This document shows positions 23,191 through 40,501 of a stretch of 64,000 nt of DNA, piece after piece. Position 1 is the first letter of the stretch. The number at the start of each line of letters is the position of its first letter. The notes under the pieces were generated by a model that saw only the letters and a list, made by a program, of their open reading frames with translations, had not been told where the DNA came from and ran no database searches. A program made the translations under genes and the position numbers. The DNA is from Escherichia coli (lineage in GTDB: Bacteria > Pseudomonadota > Gammaproteobacteria > Enterobacterales > Enterobacteriaceae), in the NCBI RefSeq assembly GCF_041886205.1, contig NZ_CP169029.1. One strand, given 5' to 3'.

Positions 23191-24382
23191 GCAACTCTGG
23201 CGCTGGCATGGCATAACCGGCGACGGCAATGCGCAAGATGGGATGCTATGGGCAGAGAGCCGTACTTTACTGCTTATGGCACTACAGCAACAGATGGTTA
23301 CCCCACTAAGCCTGAAGCGAATCGCCATCAATTCTGCGCAGTGGCGAGGAGATAAAAGCGCGGAAGTCATTCATCAACTGGCGACGCTACTCAAAGCCGG
23401 GTTAACGCTTTCTGAAGGGCTGGCACTGCTGGCGGAACAGCATCCCAGTAAGCAATGGCAAGCGTTGCTGCAATCGCTGGCGCACGATCTCGAACAGGGC
23501 ATTGCCTTTTCCAATGCCTTATTACCCTGGTCAGAGGTATTTCCGCCGCTCTATCAGGCGATGATCCGCACGGGTGAACTGACCGGTAAGCTGGATGAAT
23601 GCTGCTTTGAACTGGCGCATCAGCAAAAAGCCCAGCGTCAGTTGACCGACAAAGTGAAATCAGCGTTGCGTTATCCCATCATCATTTTAGCGATGGCAAT
23701 CATGGTGGTTGTGGCAATGCTGCATTTTGTTCTGCCGGAGTTTGCCGCTATCTATAAGACCTTCAACACCCCACTACCGGCACTAACGCAGGGGATCATG
23801 ACGCTGGCAGACTTTAGTGGCGAATGGGGCTGGCTGCTGGTGTTGTTCGGCTTTCTGCTGGCGATAGCCAATAAGTTGCTGATGCGCCGCCCGACCTGGC
23901 TTATCGCGCGGCAGAAATTGCTGTTACGCATCCCGATTATGGGTTCACTGATGAGGGGACAAAAACTCACGCAGATCTTTACGATTCTGGCGCTGACACA
24001 AAGTGCAGGCATTACTTTTTTACAGGGCGTAGAGAGCGTCAGAGAAACAATGCGCTGCCCGTACTGGATGCAACTTCTGACACAAATCCAGCACGATATC
24101 AGTAACGGTCATCCCATCTGGCTGGCGCTAAAAAATACCGGTGAGTTTAGCCCGCTCTGTTTGCAATTAGTGAGAACAGGAGAGGCATCCGGCTCGCTGG
24201 ACCTCATGTTAGACAACCTCGCCCATCATCATCGGGATAACACAATGGCGCTGGCGGATAACCTCGCAGCCTTACTGGAACCGGCGTTGCTGATCATAAC
24301 GGGAGGAATTATCGGTACGCTGGTGGTGGCAATGTATCTGCCAATTTTCCATTTAGGCGATGCGATGAGTGGGATGGGATAA
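23180..24382 (+). CDS. hofC: Type IV pilus platform protein (GspF/PilC family)
   Basis: 400-aa polytopic membrane protein; start overlaps the hofB end by 11 nt. Confidence 0.92.
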   Translation: MASKQLWRWHGITGDGNAQDGMLWAESRTLLLMALQQQMVTPLSLKRIAINSAQWRGDKSAEVIHQLATLLKAGLTLSEGLALLAEQHPSKQWQALLQSLAHDLEQGIAFSNALLPWSEVFPPLYQAMIRTGELTGKLDECCFELAHQQKAQRQLTDKVKSALRYPIIILAMAIMVVVAMLHFVLPEFAAIYKTFNTPLPALTQGIMTLADFSGEWGWLLVLFGFLLAIANKLLMRRPTWLIARQKLLLRIPIMGSLMRGQKLTQIFTILALTQSAGITFLQGVESVRETMRCPYWMQLLTQIQHDISNGHPIWLALKNTGEFSPLCLQLVRTGEASGSLDLMLDNLAHHHRDNTMALADNLAALLEPALLIITGGIIGTLVVAMYLPIFHLGDAMSGMG

Positions 24383-24408
24383 CGCTGGCGTGTTGCTCCA
24401 CGCCAGCG
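24383..24408. terminator. Hairpin between convergent hofC and guaC
   Basis: Stem cgctggcgtg/cacgccagcg with loop ttgctc, directly after the hofC stop. Confidence 0.55.
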
Positions 24409-24416
24409 TTGGGAGA

Positions 24417-25460
24417 TTAAAGGTTGTTGAAAATGCGGTTTTCTTGTTCCAGCACACGAATAAACGTGGTGCGCTTGGTCAGCTCTTTCAGGCGTGAAGC
24501 CCCAACGTATGTACAAGCTGAACGCAGGCCGCCCAAAATATCACGCGCGGTATTTTCAACCGGGCCTCGCAGCGGCAGCTTAACGGTTTTACCTTCTGCT
24601 GCGCGATATTCCGCAACGCCGCCAACGTGACGTTTCATCGCAGACTCGGAGCTCATGCCGTAGAACAGCATAAATTTCTCGCCGTTCTCCTCAACGATGC
24701 GACCGCCGCTCTCTTCGTGGCCCGCCAGCATGCCGCCAAGCATGACGAAATCGGCACCGCCGCCAAAGGCTTTCGCCACATCGCCCGGCGTGGTGCAGCC
24801 ACCATCGCTGACGATCATTCCGCCCAGACCGTGCGCAGCATCGGCACATTCGATTACCGCAGAAAGTTGCGGATAACCGACGCCTGTTTTGACGCGAGTT
24901 GTACAAACAGAACCTGGGCCAATGCCAACTTTAACGATATCGGCACCTGAGAGGATAAGCTCCTCACACATTTCACCAGTCACTACGTTACCAGCACAAA
25001 TGGTTTTGGTCGGCCACGCTTCACGCGCTTTCGCAACGAACTGCACGAAGTGTTCGGAATAACCATTCGCCACGTCAATACAAACGAAGTTTAATGCCGG
25101 GTTCAGGTCGAGAATCTGTTTAGTTTTTTCGAAATCCGCATCAGACGTACCGGTAGAAACCATCACATGTTTCAGCACATCAGCGGAAGAATTGTTGATA
25201 AACGCTTGCCACTCTTCGACAGAATAGTGTTTATGCACAGCAGTCAAAATATCAAAAGAAGCCAGCGCAGAGGCCATAGAAAATGTGCCTACGGTGTCCA
25301 TATTTGCGGCGATAATCGGCACGCCGGACCAGCTCTGACCTGAATGTTTGAAGGTGAATTGACGTTCCAGTTCAACATCGGAACGGCTTTTAAGAGTGGA
25401 GCGTTTAGGGCGGATGAGAACGTCTTTAAAACCTAACTTCAGATCTTCTTCAATACGCAT
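24417..25460 (-). CDS. guaC: GMP reductase
   Basis: 347-aa IMPDH/GMPR-family translation [33 protein letters not shown]…. Confidence 0.96.
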   Translation of the reverse strand: MRIEEDLKLGFKDVLIRPKRSTLKSRSDVELERQFTFKHSGQSWSGVPIIAANMDTVGTFSMASALASFDILTAVHKHYSVEEWQAFINNSSADVLKHVMVSTGTSDADFEKTKQILDLNPALNFVCIDVANGYSEHFVQFVAKAREAWPTKTICAGNVVTGEMCEELILSGADIVKVGIGPGSVCTTRVKTGVGYPQLSAVIECADAAHGLGGMIVSDGGCTTPGDVAKAFGGGADFVMLGGMLAGHEESGGRIVEENGEKFMLFYGMSSESAMKRHVGGVAEYRAAEGKTVKLPLRGPVENTARDILGGLRSACTYVGASRLKELTKRTTFIRVLEQENRIFNNL

Positions 25461-25684
25461 GTGCGGATTCCTGGGGTTAATGGCTATAAGGGTAAGAGCG
25501 CAACTCCAGTGACGCTATCATACGCACTAATCAATGCGGCGCAAGACTGCGAAATTGTCTTTTTTTACGCTACAATCCCATAAATTTACCTGGTAAATAG
25601 TGAGCGAACGTTTCATCAATTTCGCTTTCGTGCACTCATTTTTAACGTTTTGATAATCATGATGAATTCCCGGGAATATAAATT

Positions 25685-26305
25685 ATGAGGTATATAGTTG
25701 CCTTAACGGGAGGCATTGGCAGTGGCAAGAGTACCGTTGCCAATGCGTTTGCTGATCTCGGAATTAACGTCATTGATGCCGATATTATTGCGCGTCAGGT
25801 GGTTGAACCAGGTGCACCTGCGCTACATGCCATTGCTGATCACTTTGGCGCTAACATGATTGCTGCTGATGGAACATTGCAGCGCCGGGCCTTGCGCGAG
25901 CGGATCTTCGCCAACCCGGAAGAGAAAAACTGGCTTAACGCCCTGCTGCATCCGCTGATTCAGCAAGAGACGCAACACCAGATCCAGCAAGCTACTTCCC
26001 CCTATGTACTGTGGGTTGTGCCATTGCTGGTAGAAAACTCACTGTATAAAAAAGCGAATCGAGTGCTGGTGGTGGATGTCAGCCCAGAAACGCAACTTAA
26101 GCGCACCATGCAGCGCGATGATGTAACTCGCGAGCATGTCGAACAAATCCTTGCTGCTCAGGCAACGCGCGAAGCCCGCCTTGCCGTGGCAGATGACGTC
26201 ATTGATAATAACGGCGCACCGGATGCTATCGCATCGGATGTTGCCCGCCTGCACGCACACTATTTGCAGCTTGCGTCGCAGTTTGTCTCACAGGAAAAAC
26301 CGTAA
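25685..26305 (+). CDS. coaE: Dephospho-CoA kinase
   Basis: 206 aa with P-loop GGIGSGKST. Confidence 0.95.
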
Positions 26306-27048
26306 TGCAGACCCAGGTCCTTTTTGAACATCCACTAAATGAAAAAATGCGTACATGGCTGCGCATTGAGTTTTTGATTCAGCAACTCACCGTTAATTTA
26401 CCCATCGTTGACCACGCTGGCGCGCTGCATTTCTTCCGTAATGTCAGTGAATTACTGGATGTTTTCGAGCGCGGCGAAGTCCGCACTGAGCTGTTGAAAG
26501 AACTTGACCGGCAGCAACGTAAACTCCAGACCTGGATTGGCGTGCCTGGCGTGGACCAGAGCCGTATTGAAGCATTAATTCAGCAGTTAAAAGCGGCGGG
26601 GAGCGTATTAATTTCCGCGCCGCGTATCGGGCAATTTCTGCGTGAAGATCGTTTGATTGCTCTGGTGCGTCAGCGACTGAGCATCCCAGGCGGCTGTTGC
26701 AGCTTTGATTTACCTACATTGCACATTTGGCTGCATCTACCCCAGGCGCAGCGCGACAGCCAGGTAGAAACCTGGATTGCCAGCCTGAACCCGCTCACCC
26801 AGGCACTTACCATGGTGCTGGATTTAATTCGCCAGTCGGCCCCCTTCCGTAAACAAACCAGCCTGAATGGTTTTTATCAGGATAACGGTGGCGATGCCGA
26901 CTTGCTGCGCCTGAATCTGTCGCTCGATTCACAGCTTTATCCGCAAATTTCCGGACATAAGAGCCGTTTTGCCATTCGTTTTATGCCGCTGGACACTGAA
27001 AACGGACAGGTACCGGAACGTCTGGATTTCGAACTGGCCTGTTGCTAA
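26305..27048 (+). CDS. zapD: FtsZ-associated cell division protein ZapD
   Basis: 247-aa translation [27 protein letters not shown]…; 1-nt overlap with the coaE stop. Confidence 0.93.
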
Positions 27049-27057
27049 GGAGTAAAA

Positions 27058-27255
27058 ATGTCAGAAACTATTACGGTGAATTGCCCAACCTGCGGGAAAA
27101 CGGTGGTGTGGGGTGAAATCAGCCCGTTTCGGCCATTTTGCTCCAAACGTTGTCAGCTGATCGACCTCGGAGAATGGGCTGCTGAAGAAAAACGAATCCC
27201 CAGCAGTGGCGATCTTTCCGAAAGCGATGACTGGAGCGAAGAGCCAAAGCAGTGA
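27058..27255 (+). CDS. yacG: DNA gyrase inhibitor YacG (zinc finger)
   Basis: 65 aa with CPTC…CSKRC zinc-ribbon cysteines and an acidic C-terminus. Confidence 0.93.
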
Positions 27256-27261
27256 CATTTG

Positions 27262-27470
<209 letters not shown>

Positions 27471-27477
<7 letters not shown>

Positions 27478-27860
27478 CGTTTAAGCTTCGCAATTACCGG
27501 TTCATTGGCTGGCGGAAAATCATCGGCATTAAGATCGACCAGCGCCATCCACTCACCGGGTTGCCCTTCTTTACCCCACGGCTTCCCTTCCCAGCGTTCG
27601 ACCAGCCAGAACCACAGTGTTATATGCCTGTCCGGGAATTCATATTCCAGTTTTTCAAATAGCGAAAAATGTTGTGGGGTAATCCCGACTTCTTCCTGAA
27701 GTTCACGCACCACCGCCTGTTCCGGCGTTTCACCCATTTCAATTTTACCGCCGGGAAACTCCAGTTTATTCGCCATGTGCGCATCTGCTGCGCGACGCGT
27801 TATAAAGATTTCATTGTTCTCGTTGCGAATAATACCTACCGCAATTTGCAGCTTTTTCAT
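27471..27860 (-). CDS. mutT: 8-oxo-dGTP diphosphatase (Nudix)
   Basis: 129 aa with Nudix box GGKIEMGETPEQAVVRELQEEVGI. Confidence 0.96.
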
Positions 27861-27874
27861 TGTCTTAAACCTAT

Positions 27875-27902
27875 AAAAAAGGCGCAGAATCCTGCGCCTT
27901 TT
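27875..27902 (-). terminator. Hairpin downstream of secA (partial terminator before mutT)
   Basis: Stem aaggcgcag/ctgcgcctt with a 4-nt loop; the minus-strand transcript has a U-run after the stem. Confidence 0.5.
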
Positions 27903-27919
27903 ACTTCAACTGTTAGCTT

Positions 27920-30625
27920 TTATTGCAGGCGACCATGGCACTGCTTGTATTTTTTACCAGAACCGCACGGGCAAGGATCGTTACGTCCTACTTTGCGTTC
28001 ACCGGTTTGCGCCGCCAGTGCAGCTGCGGCTGCAGAGTCGTCATCCTGATGGCTAAGCTGCTGCATTTGCGCTAAACGCTCGGCTTCTATACGACGCTGT
28101 TGTTCCAGCTCCTCAACCTCTTCAGGCATACGTACCTGAACTTTGCTCAGCGTACTGATAACTTCATATTTCAACGACTCCAGCATCGCTGCAAACATGG
28201 AGAACGATTCACGTTTGTATTCCTGCTTCGGATCTTTCTGTGCGTAGCCACGCAGGTGGATACCCTGACGCAGATAGTCCATCGCTGCCAGGTGCTCTTT
28301 CCACAGGGAGTCAAGCGTTTGCAGCATGACGCCTTTCTCGAAGTGACGCATCATCTCAGCACCAACCACTTCTTCTTTACGCTGATACACTTCGATGGAC
28401 TGCGCCAGAATGCGCTCACGCAGCGTCTCTTCATGCAGTTCTGGTTCTTTATCCAGCCACTCAGCAATTGGTAAATCGAGGTCGAAATCGTTCTTCAGAC
28501 GTTCCTGCAGCCCCGGAATATCCCACATTTCTTCCAGCGACTGTGGCGGAATGTAGGCATCAATGGTCGCTTTGAACACATCTTCACGAATGCTGTTAAT
28601 GGTTTCGCTCACATCACTGACATCCAGCAGTTCGTTACGCTGGGAGTAAATGGCGCGACGCTGATCGTTAGCCACGTCATCATATTCCAGCAGTTGCTTA
28701 CGAATGTCGAAGTTACGGCTTTCAACTTTACGCTGGGCGTTGGCAATCGCTTTGGTCACCCACGGGTGTTCAATGGCTTCGCCTGGCTTCATACCCAGTT
28801 TACGCATCATGCCGGATACTCGGTCGGAAGCAAAAATACGCATCAGCGCATCTTCCATCGACAGGTAGAAACGGGAAGAACCAGCATCCCCCTGACGACC
28901 AGAACGACCGCGCAACTGGTTATCGATACGACGGGATTCGTGACGCTCGGTACCGATGATATGCAGGCCACCTGCTGCCAGTACCGCATCGTGACGTACC
29001 TGCCAGTCGGCTTTAATTTTTTCAATTTGCTCTGCGGTCGGATTTTCCAGCGCGGCAACTTCTGCCTGCCAGCTACCACCGAGCACAATATCTGTACCAC
29101 GACCCGCCATGTTGGTCGCGATAGTCACCGCAGCCGGATAACCTGCCTGAGCAACAATCGCCGCTTCGTTGGCGTGGAATTTGGCGTTCAGGACGTTGTG
29201 CTTAATACCGGCTTTGGTCAGTTCGTTTGATACCAGCTCCGATTTTTCGATGGAGATAGTACCCACCAGCACCGGTTGGCCTTTCGCAGTACGTTCTTTG
29301 ATATCTTCAATGATCGCCTGAATTTTTTCCGCTTCAGTCATGTAGACCAGGTCCGGCAGATCTTTACGAATCATTGGACGGTTGGTCGGAACAACGACGG
29401 TATCCAGCTTGTAGATGGAGCTGAATTCGAAAGCTTCGGTATCAGCAGTACCGGTCATCCCCGCCAGTTTTTCATACAGACGGAAGTAGTTCTGGAAGGT
29501 GATCGAAGCCAGCGTTTGGTTTTCGTTCTGGATCTGCACACCTTCTTTCGCTTCCACAGCCTGGTGAAGACCATCGGACCAGCGACGGCCCTGCATGGTA
29601 CGACCGGTGTGTTCGTCAACGATGATAACTTCACCATCTTTAACGATGTAGTCGACGTCACGGGTAAACAGCGCATGAGCGCGCAGCGCCGCCGTTACGT
29701 GGTGCATCAGCATGATGTTGGCCGGAGAGTACAGAGACTCCCCTTCATCCATGATGCCTTCTTTCACCAGCAGTTCTTCAATCAGCACCAGACCACGTTC
29801 GGTCAGGTTCACCTGGCGAGATTTTTCGTCCACCGAGAAGTGGCCTTCGCCCTGGAAGGTTTCGGAGTCTTCTTTTTCCTGACGGATCAGGTGCGGAATA
29901 ATTTTATTCACGCGTTTATACATTTCCGAGCTGTCTTCTGCCGGGCCAGAAATGATCAGCGGTGTACGCGCTTCATCGATCAGGATGGAGTCCACTTCGT
30001 CCACCAGCGCATAGTGCAGTTTACGCTGTACACGTTCTTCAGGACTGAACGCCATGTTGTCGCGCAGGTAGTCAAAGCCGTATTCGTTGTTCGTACCGTA
30101 AGTGATGTCAGCTGCGTAAGCTTCACGCTTCGCTGGTGCTGGCATACCCGGCAGGTTGATACCGACAGTCAGGCCAAGGAATTCAAACAGCGGACGGTTG
30201 TTTTCGGCGTCACGTTGCGCCAGGTAGTCGTTCACGGTAACTACGTGCACGCCTTTACCGGTTAGTGCGTTCAGGTAAGCAGGCAGCGTTGCGGTCAGGG
30301 TTTTACCTTCACCGGTACGCATTTCGGCGATGCAGCGTTCGTTAAGAACCATACCGCCGAGTAACTGAACGTCGAAGTGACGCATACCAAAGACGCGCTT
30401 ACTTGCCTCACGCACCACGGCGAAAGCTTCCGGGATCAGATTTTCCAGCACTTCGCCTTTTTCCAGACGTGCACGAAACTCTGCGGTTTTACCTTTCAGT
30501 TCTTCGTCGGAGAGTTTTTCCATCTCCGGTTCCATGGCATTGATGATGTTGACCACTTTGCGCATCCGGCGCAGGGTGCGATCGTTACGACTACCGAAAA
30601 CTTTAGTTAATAATTTGATTAGCAT
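27920..30625 (-). CDS. secA: Preprotein translocase ATPase SecA
   Basis: 901 aa [23 protein letters not shown]… with DEAD-like motor motifs and C-terminal zinc site [14 protein letters not shown]. Confidence 0.97.
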   Translation of the reverse strand: MLIKLLTKVFGSRNDRTLRRMRKVVNIINAMEPEMEKLSDEELKGKTAEFRARLEKGEVLENLIPEAFAVVREASKRVFGMRHFDVQLLGGMVLNERCIAEMRTGEGKTLTATLPAYLNALTGKGVHVVTVNDYLAQRDAENNRPLFEFLGLTVGINLPGMPAPAKREAYAADITYGTNNEYGFDYLRDNMAFSPEERVQRKLHYALVDEVDSILIDEARTPLIISGPAEDSSEMYKRVNKIIPHLIRQEKEDSETFQGEGHFSVDEKSRQVNLTERGLVLIEELLVKEGIMDEGESLYSPANIMLMHHVTAALRAHALFTRDVDYIVKDGEVIIVDEHTGRTMQGRRWSDGLHQAVEAKEGVQIQNENQTLASITFQNYFRLYEKLAGMTGTADTEAFEFSSIYKLDTVVVPTNRPMIRKDLPDLVYMTEAEKIQAIIEDIKERTAKGQPVLVGTISIEKSELVSNELTKAGIKHNVLNAKFHANEAAIVAQAGYPAAVTIATNMAGRGTDIVLGGSWQAEVAALENPTAEQIEKIKADWQVRHDAVLAAGGLHIIGTERHESRRIDNQLRGRSGRQGDAGSSRFYLSMEDALMRIFASDRVSGMMRKLGMKPGEAIEHPWVTKAIANAQRKVESRNFDIRKQLLEYDDVANDQRRAIYSQRNELLDVSDVSETINSIREDVFKATIDAYIPPQSLEEMWDIPGLQERLKNDFDLDLPIAEWLDKEPELHEETLRERILAQSIEVYQRKEEVVGAEMMRHFEKGVMLQTLDSLWKEHLAAMDYLRQGIHLRGYAQKDPKQEYKRESFSMFAAMLESLKYEVISTLSKVQVRMPEEVEELEQQRRIEAERLAQMQQLSHQDDDSAAAAALAAQTGERKVGRNDPCPCGSGKKYKQCHGRLQ

Positions 30626-30686
30626 AATAAAATCTCAAACGCCCCGCGTTGCGGAGTTAATAAAATGAAGTAAAGGTTTATTGTTG
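30626..30686 (-). promoter_or_regulatory. secM-secA intergenic region (contains secA translation initiation signals)
   Basis: 61-nt spacer between the secM stop and secA start; in the known mechanism an mRNA helix here hides the secA RBS until SecM stalls the ribosome. Confidence 0.5.
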
Positions 30687-31367
<681 letters not shown>

Positions 31368-31429
31368 TCACCTGGCCGGAGAGAGTGCCAGATTTGCCAG
31401 TCGAATTTTATACGACAGTATAAATGTCG

Positions 31430-32368
<939 letters not shown>

Positions 32369-32447
32369 CTATCCAACCGAAGTGTACTATACATTCGGTG
32401 GGCCAGTTTAGCACAAAGAGCCTCGAAACCCAAATTCCAGTCAATTC

Positions 32448-33599
32448 TTAATCAGCTTGCTTACGCAGGAATGCTGGGATATCCAGATAATCCGGCTCTT
32501 TCGCAGTTTGCGGCGCATTGTCATTCACGACTTTAGCAACCGGCTTCTGCTCCTGGGTCAGCGGAGCCATCCCGTGCTGCTGGTAGCGATCCATCACTGG
32601 CTGCTGAACCTGCTTATTGGTCACCAGAGTGATTTCAGGACGTTTGTCCATGCCGATACCTGTCGCAACAACGGTTACGCGCAGCTCGTCATTCATATCC
32701 GGGTCAAGAGAAGTACCGATAACCACAGTCGCGTTGTCGGAAGCAAATGCACGGATGGTGTTACCTACCGTTTCGAACTCATCCAGACGCAGGTCGAAGC
32801 CCGCCGTGATGTTAACCAGCACGCCGCGCGCGCCAGACAGGTCGATATCTTCCAGCAGCGGAGAAGAGATAGCCATTTCAGCAGCTTCTTCCGCACGGTC
32901 TTCACCGCTCGCCACGCCAGAACCCATCATTGCGTAGCCCATTTCAGACATTACGGTGCGTACGTCTGCAAAGTCCACGTTCATCAAACCCGGACGAGTA
33001 ATCAGTTCGGCGATACCTTGCACAGCGCCTTTGAGTACATCGTTCGCTGCGCCAAACGCATCCAGCAGGGAGATACCGCGGCCCAGAACTTTCAGCAGTT
33101 TGTCGTTCGGGATAGTGATCAGAGAGTCCACATGCTTGGACAGTTCAGTGATCCCCTGCTCCGCGAATGCCATACGCTTCTTGCCTTCAAAGTTGAAGGG
33201 CTTAGTGACGACAGCAACGGTCAGGATACCCAAATCTTTTGCCACTTCAGCGACGACTGGTGCTGCACCTGTACCGGTACCACCACCCATACCCGCAGCA
33301 ATAAAGACCATGTCTGCACCTTCCAGCGCCGCACGCAGTGCATCGCGATCCTCATCAGCCGCATTGCGGCCAACTTCTGGATTAGCGCCAGCTCCCAGTC
33401 CTTTGGTGATACCGCTACCGATTTGAATCGTCTGTCCAACCGCTGTTTTACGCAGCGCTTGTGCATCGGTATTTACCGCGAAGAATTCAACACCTTCAAT
33501 GCGCTCGCGCACCATGTGTTCAACAGCATTACCGCCGCCGCCGCCGACGCCGATGACTTTAATCACCGCGTCATTGGTAAGTTCCATTGGTTCAAACAT
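32448..33599 (-). CDS. ftsZ: Cell division GTPase FtsZ
   Basis: 383 aa with tubulin signature GGGTGTG and a conserved C-terminal peptide. Confidence 0.98.
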
Positions 33600-33659
33600 A
33601 GTTTCTCTCCGATTTGTGCCTGTCGCCTGAGACCGTAATCATTGTCGGCCTCATAAAAA

Positions 33660-34922
33660 TTAAAACTCTTTTCGCAGCCAACTATTGAGTCGCTTGATCC
33701 ACGAGCCAACTGATGCTGTAACACGTTTTTCTACTTCAGCTTCACCGTTAAGATGTGACTCTTTCCCGTAATGAAGCAATCCCACCGCCGTCGAATAATA
33801 CGGCTCCTGAGCATAATCCGTTAAACCGGTAATGTTCAGTGGCGCGCCGATACGCACCTGCGTATGAAACACGCGCTGAGCACAGGCTGCAAGACCTTCA
33901 ATCTGCGCTGCGCCACCGGTTAATACAATGCCTGCCGCCAGGTGATGTTTAACCCCTTGTTGGCGAAGCTTTTCCTGCAACTGCAATATCTCTTCGTTGA
34001 CCAGGTTGAGCAGCTCGGTATAGCGCGGCTCGATCACCTCTGCCAGGGTCTGACGTTGCAGACTCCGCGGCGGACGACCGCCTACGCTCGGCACTTCCAC
34101 GCTCTCATCTTTTCCAACGATGGAACCCAGCGCACAACCGTGGCGAACTTTAATCGCTTCGGCGTCGCTTGGCGGCGTGCCAAAGGCGTAAGCGATATCA
34201 CTGGTCACGACATTGCCAGCATAAGGAATTACCTTAGTGTGGCGCAATGCCCCACCGGTATAAACGGCGATATCCATTGTACCACCACCGATATCGACGA
34301 CGCAGACACCCAGTTCACGTTCATCTTCCGTCAATACCGAATAACTTGATGCCAGACCGGCAAATATCAGTTGGTCAACTTTCAGCCCACAACGTTCAAC
34401 CGCTTTGACGATGTTTTTCGCCATATCGTTGTGGCATGTGATCAGGTGCACTTTTGCCTGCATCCGCACGCCCGAAAGTCCTACCGGATTCTTGATCCCT
34501 TCCTGATAGTCAATCGCATACTCTTGCGGGATCACATGCAGCACACGATGCTCATCGCGCACACGCACCGATTTCGCGGTATGGACGACGTTTTCCACAT
34601 CTTCTTGCGTTACTTCTTCTTCAGAAATAGGCACCATACCAATTTCATTCTGGCAGCTGATGTGCTTACCAGAAAGCGCCAGATATACCGAAGAGATCTG
34701 ACAATCTGCCATCAATTCTGCCTGGTCAATGGCGCGTTGTACGCACTTGACCACGGATTCGAGGTCGTTCACCCCGCCTTTATCCATACCACGCGACGGG
34801 CAGCTGCCCACGCCAATGATATTGACCATACCGTCGGGCAGAACTTCCCCTACTAAAGCGGCAACCTTCGCGGTACCAATCTCCAGTCCTACTACCAGTT
34901 TTCTGTCCGTCGCCTTGATCAT
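33660..34922 (-). CDS. ftsA: Cell division protein FtsA (actin-like ATPase)
   Basis: 420-aa translation [27 protein letters not shown]…. Confidence 0.97.
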   Translation of the reverse strand: MIKATDRKLVVGLEIGTAKVAALVGEVLPDGMVNIIGVGSCPSRGMDKGGVNDLESVVKCVQRAIDQAELMADCQISSVYLALSGKHISCQNEIGMVPISEEEVTQEDVENVVHTAKSVRVRDEHRVLHVIPQEYAIDYQEGIKNPVGLSGVRMQAKVHLITCHNDMAKNIVKAVERCGLKVDQLIFAGLASSYSVLTEDERELGVCVVDIGGGTMDIAVYTGGALRHTKVIPYAGNVVTSDIAYAFGTPPSDAEAIKVRHGCALGSIVGKDESVEVPSVGGRPPRSLQRQTLAEVIEPRYTELLNLVNEEILQLQEKLRQQGVKHHLAAGIVLTGGAAQIEGLAACAQRVFHTQVRIGAPLNITGLTDYAQEPYYSTAVGLLHYGKESHLNGEAEVEKRVTASVGSWIKRLNSWLRKEF

Positions 34923-35749
34923 TGTTGTTCTGCCTGTGCCTGATTTTGTTGCTGAGTAGATTCCTCTGGCGGCAAGGGCGCCCAGCCTACTGCCGCTCCA
35001 GAGTCATAACGCAAATCAACGTAGCTAATCCGTTTGCCATCGGTTTGCGCCTGCTGCTGTAAAACCGGATAAAGTTCTACAAAGCGAGCCAAACGTTTCA
35101 TCGTATCGCCCCGGCCAAGATTGAGCTTAATATCGTTATTCAGCGTCAACTGCCAGGAACGCCGCGCGGTCATCGCCGCTTCCTTCAGAGTAAATCTGTC
35201 CTTTGCCAGCATCTGCCCCATTTCGCGATAGCCCTGCAACACTTCATTGGCGCTGCCTTCCGGGCCATACAGCATTGGAAGCACCTGCTTGCTGGTGCGA
35301 TCTGGCGGCACGCTAAAGGTGTTTCCTTCCGCGTCTACCATATGTTGATCATTCCACCGCGCAATCGGCACATATTCAACCAGATGAATCTTCAATTCAT
35401 CTGGCCACTGCTTTCTGACGCTCACCTGCTTAATCCACGGCAGGCGTTGTTCTATTTGCGTCTGGATGATGTTGACATCCTGGGTCATAAAGGTACCCGG
35501 CTCACCCAATGCCAGGATCGATTGCCGGATATCGTCATTACGCGTGTAATGGCGTTCACCGGTCAACACCAGCTTTGAGAGCGGCAGGCGTTGCGCATCT
35601 TCCATCCAGCCCAACACGACCCAGCCGCTCACCAACACTGTCGTTAAAACGGTCAGCAGGAAAAGGATCCCCGCCAGACGCGTTCCATTATTGCGGCGAG
35701 AAGAAACCTCTTCTTCGCTGTTTCGCGTGTTCAGAGCAGCCTGCGACAT
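34919..35749 (-). CDS. ftsQ: Cell division protein FtsQ
   Basis: 276-aa bitopic protein; 4-nt overlap with ftsA. Confidence 0.95.
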   Translation of the reverse strand: MSQAALNTRNSEEEVSSRRNNGTRLAGILFLLTVLTTVLVSGWVVLGWMEDAQRLPLSKLVLTGERHYTRNDDIRQSILALGEPGTFMTQDVNIIQTQIEQRLPWIKQVSVRKQWPDELKIHLVEYVPIARWNDQHMVDAEGNTFSVPPDRTSKQVLPMLYGPEGSANEVLQGYREMGQMLAKDRFTLKEAAMTARRSWQLTLNNDIKLNLGRGDTMKRLARFVELYPVLQQQAQTDGKRISYVDLRYDSGAAVGWAPLPPEESTQQQNQAQAEQQ

Positions 35750-35750
35750 A

Positions 35751-38139
<2,389 letters not shown>

Positions 38140-38192
38140 TCTTTACGCCATTAACTTCTTAAATTCATACGATGCAAAAGGCATCGCTACAA

Positions 38193-39260
38193 TTACGCCC
38201 GGGCAGCCCGGCTCACTTCATTTGCCACTCGCTCGGTGGCATCCGGAATGGATGCAGCGCGGGCGCGTTCTGCCATGGTTAATAAGGTTTCTCGCGACCA
38301 CCCGGCCAGGGTGTTGGCGACAGCATCCACGCTAAGCTGTGGCTGCTCGATAATTTTGGCTGCGCCCGCTTTTTCCAGCGGTAGCGCATTCCAGTATTGC
38401 TGGCGGTCTTTATGTTGAAACGGTACAAACAACGCCGGTAGTCCCGCCGCGGCGATTTCACTCACCGTTAACGCACCAGAGCGGCAAACGACGACATCCG
38501 CCCACGCATACGCCGCCGCCATATCATCAATAAATTCCGTCACTTTATGCTGCGGTTGCCCCGCTTCGGCATACGCCTGTTCAACGGATTGTTGCGAACC
38601 TTTGCCGCTCTGATGCCAGATAGTGACTGAATCACCCAGTTTCGCAGCAACCTGCGGCATTGTCTGGTTAAGAATGCGTGCGCCCTGGGAACCACCCACT
38701 ACCAGCACACGAACCGGACCTTCACGTCCAGCCAAACGTTGCTGCGGCAACGGTAGCGCCAGCACATCGGTACGCACCGGGTTACCCACCACTTCCGCAT
38801 TAGGGAAAGCGCCTGGAAACGCCTGCATCACTTTGGTGGCAATCTTCGCCAGCCATTTATTGGTTAAGCCCGCAATACCGTTTTGTTCATGAAGTACAAC
38901 CGGAATGCCTAACGACCACGCGGCCAGACCACCAGGACCTGATACGTAGCCGCCCATACCGAGCACCACGTCAGGTTTGTACGCTTTCATAATCGCCCGC
39001 GCCTGACGCCAGGCATTGAAGATACGCAGCGGCGCAGCTATCAGTGCTTTTATACCTTTTCCACGCAGACCAGAGATACGAATGAAATCAATTTCGATGC
39101 CATGTTTTGGCACTAAGTCCGCTTCCATACGGTCGGCAGTCCCCAGCCAGCGAACTTGCCAACCCTGAGCCATTAGATGGTGCGCAACCGCCAGTCCCGG
39201 GAATACATGTCCACCGGTTCCGCCTGCCATCACCATTAATCGCTTTCCTTGACCACTCAT
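38193..39260 (-). CDS. murG: Lipid II synthase (UDP-GlcNAc:undecaprenyl-PP-MurNAc-pentapeptide GlcNAc transferase)
   Basis: 355-aa GT28 translation with MAGGTGGH motif. Confidence 0.96.
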
Positions 39261-40501
39261 CGTGAACCTCGTACAAACGCCTGCGCTTTCTCCAGACGCG
39301 TTTCATAATCAATACGCAACAGCATCATGATGGCTGTCGACATAATCAGTAAGCTCGAACCACCGTAACTGATCAGCGGCAATGTCAGACCTTTGGTCGG
39401 TAACATCCCCGCCGCCGCGCCTACGTTAACCAGCGCCTGGAAGCTAAACCAGATGCCAATGGAACAGGCGAGAAAACCGGAAAAACGGTGGTCAATTTCT
39501 AACGCTTTGCGGCCAATCGACATCGCACGAAAAGCGACGAAGAATACCATTAAAAGTGCCAGCACCACACCGACATACCCCAGTTCTTCGCCGATAATGG
39601 CGAAAATAAAGTCAGTGTGCGCTTCCGGCAGATACTCCAGTTTTTGTACCGAGTTACCTAAACCTTGCCCCCAAAGTTCGCCGCGACCAAACGCCATCAG
39701 CGATTGCGTTAACTGATAGCCGCTGCCAAAGGGATCTTCCCACGGGTTCCAGAATGCGGTAACACGGCGGATACGGTACGGTTCGGCGAGTATCAGCAAC
39801 ACAACCGCTGAAATGCCCATACCGATAATGGCAATGAACTGCCACAATTTCGCTCCCGCCAGGAACAACATCGCCAGCGTAGTCACAAACAACACCACCA
39901 CCGTACCAAGGTCTGGCTGTGCCAGCAGTAACACTGCCAACACCAGAATCACGCCCATCGGTTTCAGGAAGCCGCGCAGGTTATTACGTACTTCGTCGCC
40001 TTTACGCACCAGATAGTTGGCGATATAGCAAAACAGCGACAGTTTTGTCAGCTCCGCAGGCTGGATACGCAGCAAACCGAGATCGATCCAACGCGATGCC
40101 CCTTTAACCGAGCTACCCACTACCAGCACGATCATCAGCAGGATGATAGATCCGAGCAGCATCGTGGCACTGTAGCGTTGCCAGAACTCCATCGGCAGAC
40201 GCAGCGTAATGATCGCCAGAATAAACGCCAAAATCAGATAGACGCCATCACGCTTCGCGAAGAAGAACGGATCGTTGGTTAAGCGTTGCCCTATGGGCAT
40301 TGACGCCGAGGTCACCATGATAAAGCCAATCGCCGCGAGGCCGAAGGTCAGCCACAGTAAGGTGCGATCGTACATGATCAGGCTGTCGGTATCTTTTTCC
40401 CGCGAGCCCATCACCCAGCCCTTTAGCGCCGTGGAGATCCAGACCAGGATACTGAATCCTGGCAGGCGCGGCATTTTCAGGCGAGGGAGAGATAAACGCA
40501 T
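39257..40501 (-). CDS. ftsW: SEDS-family peptidoglycan polymerase FtsW
   Basis: 414-aa polytopic translation [24 protein letters not shown]…; ATG start chosen one codon inside the longest ORF. Confidence 0.94.
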
